A DNA stretch of 64,000 nt from Monocercomonoides exilis PA203 (GCA_001643675.2 LSRY02000028.1:186001-250000), one strand, 5' to 3'. Shown: positions 48,101 through 59,062, counted from the first letter of the stretch. Numbers and translations are program-made. The notes: generated by a model from the sequence alone, not told the origin.

Positions 48101-49271
48101 GCTGCTGGTATGCTTTTGGCGGCAACCTCAGTGACTCCATGTTTTGGTCATCTTCGTCGTCGTCTCCACGCATCTCGTCCATCATTCTGTCAATTGCTTC
48201 GAAAGTAGCGTTTATTGATCCGATGAGATTGGCTTTGTGCTTCTCCAGCAATTCTGCTGTGCTTAATGATACGTCTCCTGTGTTCTCACGTGGTGACAAC
48301 TTTGAATCATCAGATTGCGTTGGAGAAGAGCACTTCATTTTCTTCATTGCTTTCCAGCGAGCGACAGCAACTGCCATGCAAATGCTCATCATAATGTTCG
48401 ATATTTCGTCAGTCGTCCTTTCCATTTCATCCAAATTGTGCCGCAATCTGTAACGAAGTTCAAATATTGCTGAAATAAATGCGTGAGGTGCTTCTAAAAT
48501 GAATGATTGAAGATATCTCCATCCAACATAGCGTAAGCCATTACATCGAGGCAGCTTGGATCCAGTCGACGAACTAAATTTACTTCGATTTGTGTGCATG
48601 TCAGCGCCTCGAGTTGGAGAAGAAGGCAAAGATGACCAAGGAGAGGACGAATTACTTAAAGCTGACTTCGAATTAGGTGTTTCCGCTGAAGAAGAAGGAG
48701 ATGACTTTGCTGATACAGATGACAAAGAAACAGGTGTTGCAGATAAGAATGGAGGAGGATAGTGAAAAGATGACTCTGTTTGTTGTGGAACAAGAGGATA
48801 GCGTGCTACGTCAGAAAATCTTCGAATTGTCAAGGGGCTTATTGGTGGTATTTCCCTAACTAGTCCGATTGCCCTGAAAATAGAAAGTAAAGCACTGACT
48901 CTTCTTCTATCCATTGATAGATCATGATTCAATTCTTCTCTTTGAAATCTTCCTGTTTGAAGAGCATGTGCAAGATCTAGACACGTTTGCTTCATAACCA
49001 TCCTTCCTCCACGATCATCACCCGGTTTTGATGGAATCAATTGATTAATATCCAGGGTTTCCATTCGTTTTCTTGTCGATGTACGCTTAACCGCAGGGTA
49101 AGCCACAGCAGCTAATCTTCTGCCACGAGTCTTTTGCAATTTTTGGTATTGTCGTTCATTATATGCATGATTCAAGAAGAAATCATATGGATGTTGATAT
49201 TGTTCAAACTGGGAAATGTGTCTAACAGAAGAAGAGGAAACAGATGAAGTGGGGCCTCCGGTAAATATCAT
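45129..49271 (-). CDS. Large Ser/Pro/Gln-rich protein with a divergent E2F/DP-like winged-helix near the N-terminus (putative transcription factor)
   Basis: 1380-aa uninterrupted ORF. MKQTCLDL...REEL..DLSMDRRRVSALLSIFRAIGLVRE and a later NGLRYVG resemble the E2F DNA-binding domain; a predicted coiled coil follows. Confidence 0.5.
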   Translation of the reverse strand: MIFTGGPTSSVSSSSVRHISQFEQYQHPYDFFLNHAYNERQYQKLQKTRGRRLAAVAYPAVKRTSTRKRMETLDINQLIPSKPGDDRGGRMVMKQTCLDLAHALQTGRFQREELNHDLSMDRRRVSALLSIFRAIGLVREIPPISPLTIRRFSDVARYPLVPQQTESSFHYPPPFLSATPVSLSSVSAKSSPSSSAETPNSKSALSNSSSPWSSLPSSPTRGADMHTNRSKFSSSTGSKLPRCNGLRYVGWRYLQSFILEAPHAFISAIFELRYRLRHNLDEMERTTDEISNIMMSICMAVAVARWKAMKKMKCSSPTQSDDSKLSPRENTGDVSLSTAELLEKHKANLIGSINATFEAIDRMMDEMRGDDDEDDQNMESLRLPPKAYQQPAQQAIQFHHSPFSPFETSPQSQASYSGHSQHSRASSHSSSPLSSPSPSPSPSSALSPSSQTLRPSPTSSPSPSPSPSSSTSSSPSPSMQYLQHPQNQNSPSAIHTNSRSSDSFIHSPSALSPTASASQKAAVPHAALSSLLSQQQQQSKSPSSRLPSAKHPLKEAINPSSLILPIPPVTPLNALPFYLPPLSQFALPLPLSLLPFFLPLSHPSCVAVFSRTDSPFGALLFDAGTDSFQSEYLLFAERKLLRDRNRAYAAQAQQDTQHHSAFLSSPASSASPSPASQYYPPVPYANGRAYGIQSLTPLISPSSSPPPPPQIHSSFNSDELLLFRPSSLPLPLLSFPAVCTFPFPARCILHSLIKHPFKFSDYPHFDSLPYTPSYSASSALPRRETGLASSSTSGLSPLSSFSSEPFSFPFMSQQAGLSDSAVEQQQQQQQQKAARRKRRKANVEPSDSPYASYANPVLAPSAVSSELYSTEFPSYNDLAEQNSPYPPSAAMPLNSSFKVCSPPSLSEISDSLSSSSSSPSFSSSPVSSEHSPSNATILSSYHRQPYTTARSLPVFPEALHQTGITRQQTSSSQAHILSPSPSSSSSSYQRDLAQRNLSSLSNSSSSSSSSSPSSSFPSNSSLLLQYTDSYPLQTDQAPSPSISSSSAGISSSVYPSRFNQYTSQQLPYLSSTSSSSSSSSSSSPSSSTSASAYQVQFDDSLSAKHNVADSFYSSEGYDGNITSSGGPMPMMDMPGQFGYLSALPSPRAASGSSSASSLSSLSSSAGISDRSLMGPPSSFTSLHATWTQPPLSYPSPFSTGDSPFSSASFTSFVSSTSSPPFLSSADLWNGQNELPTPLQYSNSSSLLISEKQPLTSSTGSGAGSSIASFFSFSPGNFAFFSPRTPQSPMLRIAGSPQQASGASQQNRPLQRRMPSLSMSTTAAQLSRYADNSSLIDQPNPQQSPQVAASPSTETLDSFSSNSLPSRSLPPSRSLSSSPVA

Positions 49272-49647
49272 TGCCGCAGGATTTTATTTCTGCAGCATTA
49301 TCTGCCGCGAAGTCTCATCATTCGCAAATGCGAATAATAAATTATATTTAAGAAAACATGATAATTCCAAATATCGTATTTAAATGAATGTGTGAAAAAG
49401 CGTTAAAGAGTTTAAATTCTATGAAATTGATATTTACAATCTCATTGTCGTTTTAATAAAAAAATTCAATTTTTCATTCAATGAAATTTTTATAATGGTT
49501 GTTTTTTTCAATGATTTGATTCTTTATAAAATAGGCTTATTTCATATATAAATTTGTTCATTTTTTATCAATTTCACATGAAAAATACAGAAAAACACAA
49601 TGGAATATAAATCTATTTTTAAAATTTTCCATGATATTTTCTTTTTT

Positions 49648-50179
49648 TGGTAAAGTGTAACTTATTGGGTCCGAAAATTTTCATAGAAATTATCTTGAAT
49701 TATTTCTTAAATATACTTCATTGTTGAAAATTCGATTAATAAATGTGTAATTAAGTTTCAACGATTAACAAATAAGTTGTGAATTTCAGTTTCATTACCA
49801 AAAATAAAACCAGAATTTACAAATATTTACTGAAACATACAAAATTTTCTTCATTCTCCAACGAATTTTCTTCTTAAATTAACTTTAATCAAAAAATCCT
49901 CAAAAAAAAATTGTTGTTATTAACAGAATCTGAAGATATTTCATCATCTTTGAAGTTTTTTTTTCATTATCCATAAAAAATATTGAATGGATCTGTCCAA
50001 CCTATTGAGTGATAATGATTTAAAAATAATGTTCTGATAGGATTTTTCAATAGAAATCATAATTTTTTTTTACAAAAAATATCATTCGATGAATGATGAT
50101 ATTCGAATGTGTCAAATTTGGTGAAACATTGATTATAATTCACAGTGAAAATCGGGACCCAATATGTTACATCTTACCC
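49648..50179. mobile_element. MITE-like non-autonomous DNA element with ~40-bp imperfect terminal inverted repeats
   Basis: The left end GGTAAAGTGTAACTTATTGGGTCCGAAAATTTTCA aligns with the reverse complement of the right end, GGTAAGATGTAACATATTGGGTCCCGATTTTCA. The interior is AT-rich and non-coding, and both flanks are T-runs (possible TSD). Confidence 0.6.
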
Positions 50180-50496
50180 TTTTTTTAATTTTTTGTCACA
50201 ACATTTAAAAAAGAATAACATCAATATTCCAAAAAGTTTTTTGTCACAATTTTTTTGAAATTATTATTTTGTTGGTTTGATCAATAAACAAAAGATTTCC
50301 ATTTCTGGTTCATACAGTCAATCTCTGGGCTTCTTTGCAATATCTTTTGCGCCTCTTTGTTTTTTAATAAATAAAAAATGTTTGTATATCGATTATTCAC
50401 CTTTTTTCGGATTATCAATGTTGTTAGAATTTTCAATTTTTTTTGCTGTTTGTCACACTTTGCCCTTCTTTAAGAATATTTCTTGCAACAACCAGA

Positions 50497-51939
50497 ATGA
50501 GTATGTACAATGATGATAAATCTGAAGAAAGAACACAGATTATGACCAAAACCGAGATGTTTTCACGTTTGCTCATTTATTTGGAATAAACAATTCTGAA
50601 CAAAAATTTTGATTTTTTGAATGCTTTTTTGAAGAATTGCTTCTTGAACTGAAATGTTGCAGAGAAGATGAACAAATGCAGAAAATGAAGGAAATGAAAA
50701 GAATGATTAATATTATGAATGAAGAAGAATTCAAATCTATTTTCACAAAAGAACTGTTCGATGAAATGGGGGAAAATATTGAAGAAAAGAAAATGTCATT
50801 GAAAATATAGTTCATTTATTGAAGCTTATTGGATGTGATGACTTATCGACTGAATTATGTTCGAAAAGTTTTTATAAATTATTCATGAGCAAAATAATTC
50901 AAAATATGGTTATTGAGGAGGAGAAGAAAAAAGAAAGAATGAATGAAAGGCTTCTGATTGATCTTTGCGAATGCTATCTCATGCTGAATGACAATGATTT
51001 TTCAGAAGAATTACTTTCTATTTGTGTGCCAAACCTATTGCAAGTTGCATTGAAGAAAGAAGTCTGTAAGGAAGTTCAAAAAGACGTGGAACTTGCATTG
51101 ACTGCATTGTCTTGCATTAACACATCTATAGTTTGGGCAATTTTTGATTGATAGCTTTTTGATCTCTTTTTTTAAATAAGAACGTGAAACAGGAATGGTA
51201 TTTGAATAAGATCAAAGAAATTATCCAATATCATCAGGAACATCACAATTTGACCCACTTAGCTTATCAATCTGCTTGGCAGTTTCTAATCTTCAGGTTT
51301 TGCGAAGACAAAAGTTTTAAAGAATTGATTGTTAATGAGCTGCATTTTGCGAGAGAGGCAATAAAAGAATTGGAAGAGTTAACAGATTGTCAGAAGCGTA
51401 AGAAAAAGGAAAAGAAACCGAAGTATAGGAAAACAGAGAAGGTTTTTTTGAGATGGGTAATTTCATTGCTCTATTATGTTCGCACGTTTCAATTGTTGAA
51501 TGAAGAACACATTGAAATAGTTCATCGTCTTGTCTGTCTGCACAGAGCGGAAATAGAAAATGAAATAGAAATATTTGAAAGTTTTGTAATAATTTTTTGG
51601 GAAATGAGTGGAAATGAGTCTGTGAGCATTGATATTTTGCTGAAGGAAGGTGCATTCGATGAGATTCTGAAAGAAGTTCAGCGATCAACATCGAAAAATG
51701 AAATTATATATTATTGCTTAGCATTTTATTTAATAATTTCAGATCGATTGAAAGAAAAGGAGGATGATGATGTGAAAGAAGTTAAACGAAAAACAACGAA
51801 AAGGAAAGTGTTTGAAAAGATTGAAGAAGAAGGATACGAAGATGTTATCACAAGCTTTTATCAATCATTTGATTTTTTCAACAAACAATTTTATTTCGAA
51901 TTATCATTGGATATTTCAGATTATTTTGTGAATGTGTGA
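50497..51939 (+). pseudogene. Member of a lineage-specific Glu/Lys-rich helical-repeat multigene family; frameshifted near 50800-50815
   Basis: Family-like peptides EDEQMQKMKEM, LLIDLCECY, ICVPNLLQVALKKE, EIIQYHQEHHNLTHLAYQSAWQFL and FEKIEEEGYEDVITSF. The frame is broken by TAG at 50808-50810 and continues in a shifted frame. Likely introns at ~50567-50634 and ~51131-51180. Confidence 0.65.
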
Positions 51940-52872
51940 TGAATTGTTTTGAATTTCAAACTCAAAAATGATGCCTTTCTTTCTTTCTCTTCTTTTTCGT
52001 CTTCTCTTTCTTTTTCAATATTTCACAAATCAGCATTCAATCGAATTGTTTGTTTAAGAGTCTTTTTCATTGCTTCGAAATACAATTAACAAACAAACAA
52101 AAGAAAAGAAAAGTCCATTTGACTGTTCATTTGAAAATTTAATCAAATAATTTTGTCGAATGAATGTCCTTTTATCTTCTGATCATATCTGAACTTTCAG
52201 TCAGTCAAAAGGTATCTTCAAAGACTCCTCCTTTTCTCCTTTGCTTTTCTCTATTCCTATCCCTGTGCTCCCTTTCCTTTTCTTTAATCCATGTTATTTC
52301 ATCAAACTTGAAGGTTGTTGAGTCCTTGAAAGAGTATCATCTGGAAAAATTTCCGTAGAAGAGAAATGGAAAGCGTATCCACCTGTTTTGGAGAATGAAT
52401 ATCATCGTTCGAATTATATGTCAAATTAGTTGTCTGGATAACAAAAAATGGTGAAATCGCGTTTTAAATTGTTAATGAAAAGCAATAAGAAGAAAAGAAA
52501 AGGAAAATGAAAAAATAAACACTTCCAATCGATTTTAATTATTACTCATAAAAAATGAAGGGGAAATATTTTTTTTAATATCGAACAAAAAAATATCATG
52601 AACACGAAATCAGTTATTTTCTTATGCAAAAGAAAAGAAAACTGATATTTTGTTCTTTTTTAAATTAAGTTAACAACCTGAACATTCCAATCAACAGCAA
52701 ACATTTATATTTTCATCATTGCGAATAAAAACGAAAGCATAATGAACGTCATACAGGTCTCAAAGGCCTTATTGAGCTGCAAAATGCAGTGAAAACATAG
52801 TTGTATTTATTGCATCCAAATAAACAAAAATGGATCACAGTGATCATCGTTGATCAATTTCTTCATTTCAGC

Positions 52873-55800
52873 ATGTTTGAACCTATTGCAGTCAATCTTC
52901 ATGAAGATGATCTTGACTTTGAAGAAATTGAAGAAGAGCTAAAACGTTTTGGAAGAGATTCTTTTGTAGAAAGAGCGATTCAGTCCGGAAAGACAATTCC
53001 TGATTCTTCCAAAGCTCTGGACAAGCAGATACGAAAAATTGAAGCAGAATCAGTTGAGGATTGTTTGTTTTATATACGTTGTAATTTTGTCATTTTATAT
53101 TTCAAATTGACTTTTATTTCAGATGTCAAAGAAGAAAAATTACTTTTTGACCTTCACGAACAAATAAAAAGTTGCGACGATGTTTTGTTAAACATGGAAA
53201 AGTTACTTGAAGAGTTTCAAGATCACCTTTCATCTCTTACATCTGAAATTCGAAATCTACAAGATAGTTCTCTTTCAATGAATCACAAATTGAAAAACAG
53301 AAAAGAATTTTCTAAAGCACTTACAAGTTATCTAGATCGCATAACTGTGCCAGATGAAGCACGGCGGTCAATTGAGTCTGGTCCAATAAAAGTTGATTAC
53401 GACCATTTCCATTCCATTTCACCATCTGTTCTTTCTGCTGTTGCTTCTCTTTCAATGGAAGCTACACGACCTCTTCTAGCAAGTTTGAATCCAGCAAACT
53501 CTGGAAGAACTTTATCTTCCATTAGCTCACAAAGTAGTATGGGCTCTTCCACTACTCCACCGTCTGCAGCAACAACTTCACAGAGTCGAGGTACAGATAG
53601 AGGAACAGCTTTGTACTTGGGTTCCCAATCTCGCTCTTCTGCTGCATATTCTTCTTTGCATCAAGTGTCATCAATCGGAATAGCTCCATCTTCTGCATCG
53701 TCGTCTTCATCATCGTCATCTGCACCACTTTCTCCAGGAAAAGAGCCAATTCCACCAGAGATGATGATTGATGATGCCATGTGGGAGCCGCCAGACATCG
53801 GCGGTGGAGTTGGAGACGATGGAAGCGACTCTATGAATGCCAGCTACGACGGGCAAGGAGACGGCAGAGGGAAAGGAAAGGGACAGTCGCGCGGAGACAA
53901 CCCAACAGTCGATTTCCCGTTTCTGGACGAGACCTTCTCCACCACAACGCTTCCTCCTCCGCAGGCAATGCGAGAAGAGTCACCAGGTGCGCCCGTCCCG
54001 CCAGCGAGCATTGCATCGTCTACAACATCGATGGAGCTCATCCAGCAGCTGACGTCGTGCATCACGTTCTGCAACCACCTCGCCACTCTCCAGGCAGCCA
54101 TGGACTCTGCCCGCGACGAGACATACGCGTCCTTCCCGTCCACTCAGGAGGCGATGGCAGCGCTGACACAGCTGGCGCAGACAGCCATCAGACACAGCCG
54201 CAATTACCTGCTGGACGCGTTCAATGTGATCCGGCAGACTGAAAAGCAGACACACAGCAGAGTGATGAAGGAGATCCTGATGCGCTCGCGGGGGATGATG
54301 ACGTTCCTCCGCCGAAACACGCCTCCCACAGCAGATGAATGCGAGCGTGCTTACATCGACTCAGCTGCACGCAACCAGGTGAAGCTGTGCAAGACGTATG
54401 TAGAGTGCCTCACCCGCGCCATCGAAGAGATCGCCTCAAAGAACGACCTCATCGGTGCTGCTGAGATTGGACGGAAAGCAGGCTTTGCTTCGATCTTCAA
54501 AAAGTCAGAAACAACTTTGTATTCTTATTCATTCACTGCACCTGCCCAGCCGTCGGGAGACGAAAGACAGCTTGGCATGGGTCCTTTATCTTCTTCTGCT
54601 TCTTCAACATCTTCTTCTTCTTCATCGCTTTCTTCCTCATCTTCTTCCTTCGATCCATATTCTCTCATTGCCCCATCTCCTTCTCTCTCATCAGCCATGT
54701 CATCTTCTCTGATGGCCTCCCACGCAGCTCCGTCTCCCACTGCTCCTACTCCTTCTCCTTCTGTTGCATCTTCTCCATTCACGCTGACAGCTACACCATC
54801 CACCCTCATCACAACCACTACGCCATCCATCCAGCCGTTCGAGCTCGGCAACAGGGCCCATGTCTTCTCAGCAGCATTCGACCCTATCCATCTTTCTGTG
54901 CTGAAAGGGAAGAAGCTGAAGATCTCGTTTGAGGAGGCGTTTGTGTCGGCACACGCACCACTCGCAGCGATGTCTGTGCAAGAGACACGCTTTGCATTCT
55001 ACTTCTTCTCCTCCACCACAACCATCTCGCCCACAATGCAGCCGCTCATCAATCTCTACAAGGACACATTTGCTTCTCTCATTGGCTCCTGCTTCGATCT
55101 GGTTGCGCTGCTGATCATTGCGCGGGAGTATGGCCGACTGCAAGAGCTCCTCCATGCCGACGGGGTGGTCGTGCTGAACGAGTACTTCGCTGCCCTCGAC
55201 CAGATCCTCTGGCCTCAGTTCAGAGCCGTCGTGAAGCGCCACGTGGAGTCCATCCCAATGCCGAAGAAGCCGAAGCCTATTGAAACAACCGTCCACCCAA
55301 TCACTCAGCGCTGTGCTCAGCTGGTGAGTGCAGTGCTTGCACTCTCAATTGGCTACCGCTCTCAGCCGTTCGTGATCAGCACGTTCGGAGAGCTGATAAC
55401 AGCGCTTCTCGCATTCTACACAAACCACACGAAGGAGATCGCAGAACCACGAAAAAGCGCGTTTCTGCTGGTGAATGCGTATCACATCGCGCGTGTCACC
55501 GAAGGCAAAGAGGAATGCAAAGAGTGGTATGAGAAGTTCATGGCGCTGTTCCGCACGTCGCTGTCCACGCACACTGCGTATCATCTCACGAAGAGCTTCC
55601 GCAGCCTGTCTGAATATGTGGCCACTGTCACAGCTGCTGTGCAGACGAACCGGACGGAGGGGCAGGCGATCTTTCCGGTGCAAGTGGCTGACTCAGAAGT
55701 GGTGAGGCGGCTGGTGAGCGAGACGACGGTGGCGAACCTGGCGTCGGAGATGCAGATGAAGTGGCAGGCGTATCTGGGGCAGCTGGTGGACGACATCATC

Positions 55801-56001
55801 CGCGTGTTTCAGGAGAGAGGCGATGCTGTCGTCGCACTCGAGGATGCAATGAACGAGGTGTCGCAGATGTATTCGGTGTTTGTGGACGTGCTCCACAGGT
55901 GCTACGCTGATAAGCCGTTCAGATTCGATGTGGTGGATAGTAAAGTCTTCAACCAAGAGGCTAAACAAAAAATAGTAACTTTTGTTTCATTGAAAAAATA
56001 A
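52873..56001 (+). CDS. VPS52: Vacuolar protein sorting 52 (GARP/EARP tether subunit); in-frame 60-nt intron at 53063-53122
   Basis: ESVED|YVKE...DLHEQIKSCDDVL.NME.LL..FQ..LSSLTSEIR.LQD.S.SMN.KLKNRK; CFDLVALLI; ILWPQF..V...HVESI; HPITQR.A; FL.N.Y. Confidence 0.92.
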   Translation: MFEPIAVNLHEDDLDFEEIEEELKRFGRDSFVERAIQSGKTIPDSSKALDKQIRKIEAESVEDCLFYIRCNFVILYFKLTFISDVKEEKLLFDLHEQIKSCDDVLLNMEKLLEEFQDHLSSLTSEIRNLQDSSLSMNHKLKNRKEFSKALTSYLDRITVPDEARRSIESGPIKVDYDHFHSISPSVLSAVASLSMEATRPLLASLNPANSGRTLSSISSQSSMGSSTTPPSAATTSQSRGTDRGTALYLGSQSRSSAAYSSLHQVSSIGIAPSSASSSSSSSSAPLSPGKEPIPPEMMIDDAMWEPPDIGGGVGDDGSDSMNASYDGQGDGRGKGKGQSRGDNPTVDFPFLDETFSTTTLPPPQAMREESPGAPVPPASIASSTTSMELIQQLTSCITFCNHLATLQAAMDSARDETYASFPSTQEAMAALTQLAQTAIRHSRNYLLDAFNVIRQTEKQTHSRVMKEILMRSRGMMTFLRRNTPPTADECERAYIDSAARNQVKLCKTYVECLTRAIEEIASKNDLIGAAEIGRKAGFASIFKKSETTLYSYSFTAPAQPSGDERQLGMGPLSSSASSTSSSSSSLSSSSSSFDPYSLIAPSPSLSSAMSSSLMASHAAPSPTAPTPSPSVASSPFTLTATPSTLITTTTPSIQPFELGNRAHVFSAAFDPIHLSVLKGKKLKISFEEAFVSAHAPLAAMSVQETRFAFYFFSSTTTISPTMQPLINLYKDTFASLIGSCFDLVALLIIAREYGRLQELLHADGVVVLNEYFAALDQILWPQFRAVVKRHVESIPMPKKPKPIETTVHPITQRCAQLVSAVLALSIGYRSQPFVISTFGELITALLAFYTNHTKEIAEPRKSAFLLVNAYHIARVTEGKEECKEWYEKFMALFRTSLSTHTAYHLTKSFRSLSEYVATVTAAVQTNRTEGQAIFPVQVADSEVVRRLVSETTVANLASEMQMKWQAYLGQLVDDIIRVFQERGDAVVALEDAMNEVSQMYSVFVDVLHRCYADKPFRFDVVDSKVFNQEAKQKIVTFVSLKK

Positions 56002-56209
56002 ATGCCATTTCACTTTAAATTTCCATATTCTTTTTGAGCTGTTAACTTTTTTTGTATTATTTAAGTTTTCTTCTTTAATTTTAACTAATTTTACAACTGT
56101 TATTTGTTAAAATAGTAAATGCTTTTTTATATCAAAATATTTTATCTTTTATTTTGCGTTTGAGAAAAAACTATTTTTTTTCTGAACAACCCATAGGAAA
56201 AACCTCAAA

Positions 56210-57995
56210 ATGGATTTTTTGTCTCCTGTTGATTTTTCCGAAATTGCGAAGACAGTCATACTATTTGAGAATGAAGTTGTCCATCTTTCCCTTGAGGACA
56301 ACGAGGTAACTATGTTTGAAAATTCTTATTTGCAAAAATCGCATTAATTGTCATCTTTTCAAAGAAATGAGCACCAGGTTATGAAAAACAGATATAACTT
56401 GCAACTCACAACTCAGAGATTGCTATTTATAAGTTGCAATCGATCTGCTCCGTCATACTTTATGTTTCTTGATTTGGTGGATACTTATTCTTTACAAGTT
56501 TGTATTTTTTGACACTTTTTATGAATTGCAATTTTTTTTTTCAAATTCAGCCCGAAGTATTTAGCAAAGATAAAATGCTTATCAGTTATCCTGGAACTTC
56601 TGAGAACGTCAGATTTTCAATTCGATGCATGAGTGGAAAGATAAGACCATTTTTTACTCGTTTTGATTCAGCTGTGAAGCGTAGAAAAGAAGTTTGATTG
56701 TAGTTTTTTGGTCTCTTGTTTTCCGAAGCATTATTTTGAATTTAGCCCCTACCGACGATTACACAGCCTGAACCTGAACCTCCAGTTTCATTGGATCTTA
56801 AAACAGCTGCATCGGGTTTGCTAATTTATTTTTTGAAAATATAACTTAGCCATCTTTAAAAATGCATAGCTGTTGAAGCAACACAAGAAAGACTTAAGCA
56901 AAAAATCCAAACAAGTTTTACGAGTATTGATGCTCTGATGGATAGCGCTTACGATTTGGTTTGAAATTTTTGTTTTTTTATTTGAGAATTTTGTGAATTA
57001 TTTTATTGTTTTATTGTTTTATTTTGATAGATTCAAATGACAGAAGATTATCAGCGCGAGGCATCAAGGGCTAAAGGATCCGGGGCCATGTCGAAAAGTG
57101 CTGCAGACGCAGACCAAGTGGAGTATCTTGCATTTGTGCATTCACTTGGAATCATTTCACCAGTTACTAAGTTTGCCTGATAGTTTCGAGAAAATTTTAA
57201 ATTAAAACATTTCTTGTTTACATTCCTTTTGGCTTATTTGATTTTCTTCATTTTATGATCGTGTGCATTTGCTGTGTGTCAGAGATACCGCTGGTTCAGC
57301 GTACGAGGTTGAGCTGTGCCGCCAAGTGACTGAATTTCTCACACCAATTTTGGAACGAGAAGGAGGAATGATGACGCTTGTAGATGCTTATGCCAAGTAT
57401 AACAGAGCTCGTGGAATTGGTTTGGCTTTTTTTTTCAGTTAAAAACTTGATGATTTTAATTTTTCAATTTGTTTTCTTCATCACTCTTTGCACAGATCTC
57501 ATTTCACCAGAAGATCTTCTAAAAGCCTGTCAGCAATTTGAATCATTAAATCTTGGACTTCGTCTCTCAAAGACTAAAACAGGAGTCTTTGTCATACATC
57601 TGCTCACCCACTCTGAAGAAGCTATTTGTGAGCGAATTGTGAATCTGACGCGCGAGAGGCGCGGATGTTCTGTCTTGCAAATAGCAGATGCACTTCATCT
57701 CACCACTATTCTCGCCCAGGAATACGCCTCGGTGTGTTATCTTGTCTTTTTATCTAATTTAATTTGGATGGATTTCACTTTCTTTCTCTTGTTTTTTTTA
57801 AAAAAAATAAACGAAATATTTTGATTGATTTGATGCTAATTATATCTTTTTTGTCAATGATTTTCTTTTATTTTTTACTGTTAGATTGGAGAGGCAAAGC
57901 TACTTCTCTGTCGCGATGAAAGCGAAGAGGATATCATATTTTATCCCAATTTTTTCATCAACAAATCAGAAATTTCTGCTCTTGTTTCATCCTAA
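56210..57995 (+). CDS. VPS36: Vacuolar protein sorting 36 (ESCRT-II subunit); multi-intron
   Basis: GLUE-like L.LTTQRLLF; SFTSIDALM; SLGIISPVTK|DTAGS.Y..EL.RQ..EFL; GGMMTLVDAY..YNRARG|DLISPEDL.KAC; LCRDES....FYPN.F. Confidence 0.9.
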
Positions 57996-58208
57996 TTCTC
58001 ATTTTTGTTATTGTATAAATAATAACTGTTAAGCTGTTATTAATTATTGTTTCTCCAAAACCGAAAAGTCTCAAAACATCTTCAAACCAGAATTATAAAG
58101 AACTGAAAAACATCACAAAATAAAAAATGAACGAAAATGCGAGGTGTATTCACGAAATATGATATAGTTATATAGATAAGATAAAAATGATAATTAAAAG
58201 CAGTCAGA

Positions 58209-59062
58209 TTATTCAGTGCTTCTTTTCCAAATTGATCTATAATCAAACAAATAAAATGCATTTCGAAAAAAAAATAAAGAAAATTCAAATTTTGAAAAAT
58301 ATTCATTAACACAATTACATACAATATGCACTATCTGGCATTTTTCTTTGATAACGCATCGAGATTCCAACTCTTCAGAAATTGTTCTATACACTGAGGT
58401 CGAATGATACAATACTAAATCTGGATATTGTTGCATGTGCTGCTGTCCATTCTTTGCAAACCACACATCAAGCCTCCTCCAGATTTTTTCTTTCGCGTTC
58501 TTAGACAAAAACACGGATACAATTGGCGAAACTAATCAATATTTCGATATGATAATAATTTTTCTATAAAAAAATGCATGCATACTTACGAGAAATACCG
58601 CAGAGATAAAGGCAATAAAAGCAAGAAGTGTGAAGCTAAACGAGAAAACAACTCCACGAGAATCCCAATTGAAGATTGCCCAGATAAGAACCAAAGCCAG
58701 AAGAAGCAAAACCAAAGGCAAGAAGAATGCAACAAGAACTGAGCTGACATATCGATACTTCGCAGCTATCTAAATATGTAATGAAATAAATACAATTATT
58801 ATGTTCGAAAGCACTTTAGAAATAATAATTATGAATATTACTTTATCAAATTGTTTCAGTAGATGAGCTCCATTGAATTCTTTTATCGCTTCATTTAATC
58901 CAGTATTTTTCTGCAACGATGTTGGAGGGAATTCTCCGCCGTATCCAGAAATACCCCTTGTTGAAAAATATTAAAATAGAAAATGCTATATTTTTGATAT
59001 TGAGCTTCTGTCAAACCATTGAATTTGGATTCCCTTTTTGTTACTAGAAATTCTGTATCCAT
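58209..59062 (-). CDS. Hypothetical small membrane protein with two predicted TM helices; multi-intron, 3' end approximate
   Basis: Exon-like blocks MDTEFLVTKRESKF.., hydrophobic VLVAFFLPLVLLLLALVLIWAIF and VVFSFSFTLLAFIAFISAVFL, and KNAKEKIWRRLDVWF, separated by AT-rich GT-AG intervals. Confidence 0.55.

Noticed and set aside
52164-52440. Short relic-like segment and 64-aa ORF
   Set aside because: Too short and degenerate to assign to any family.
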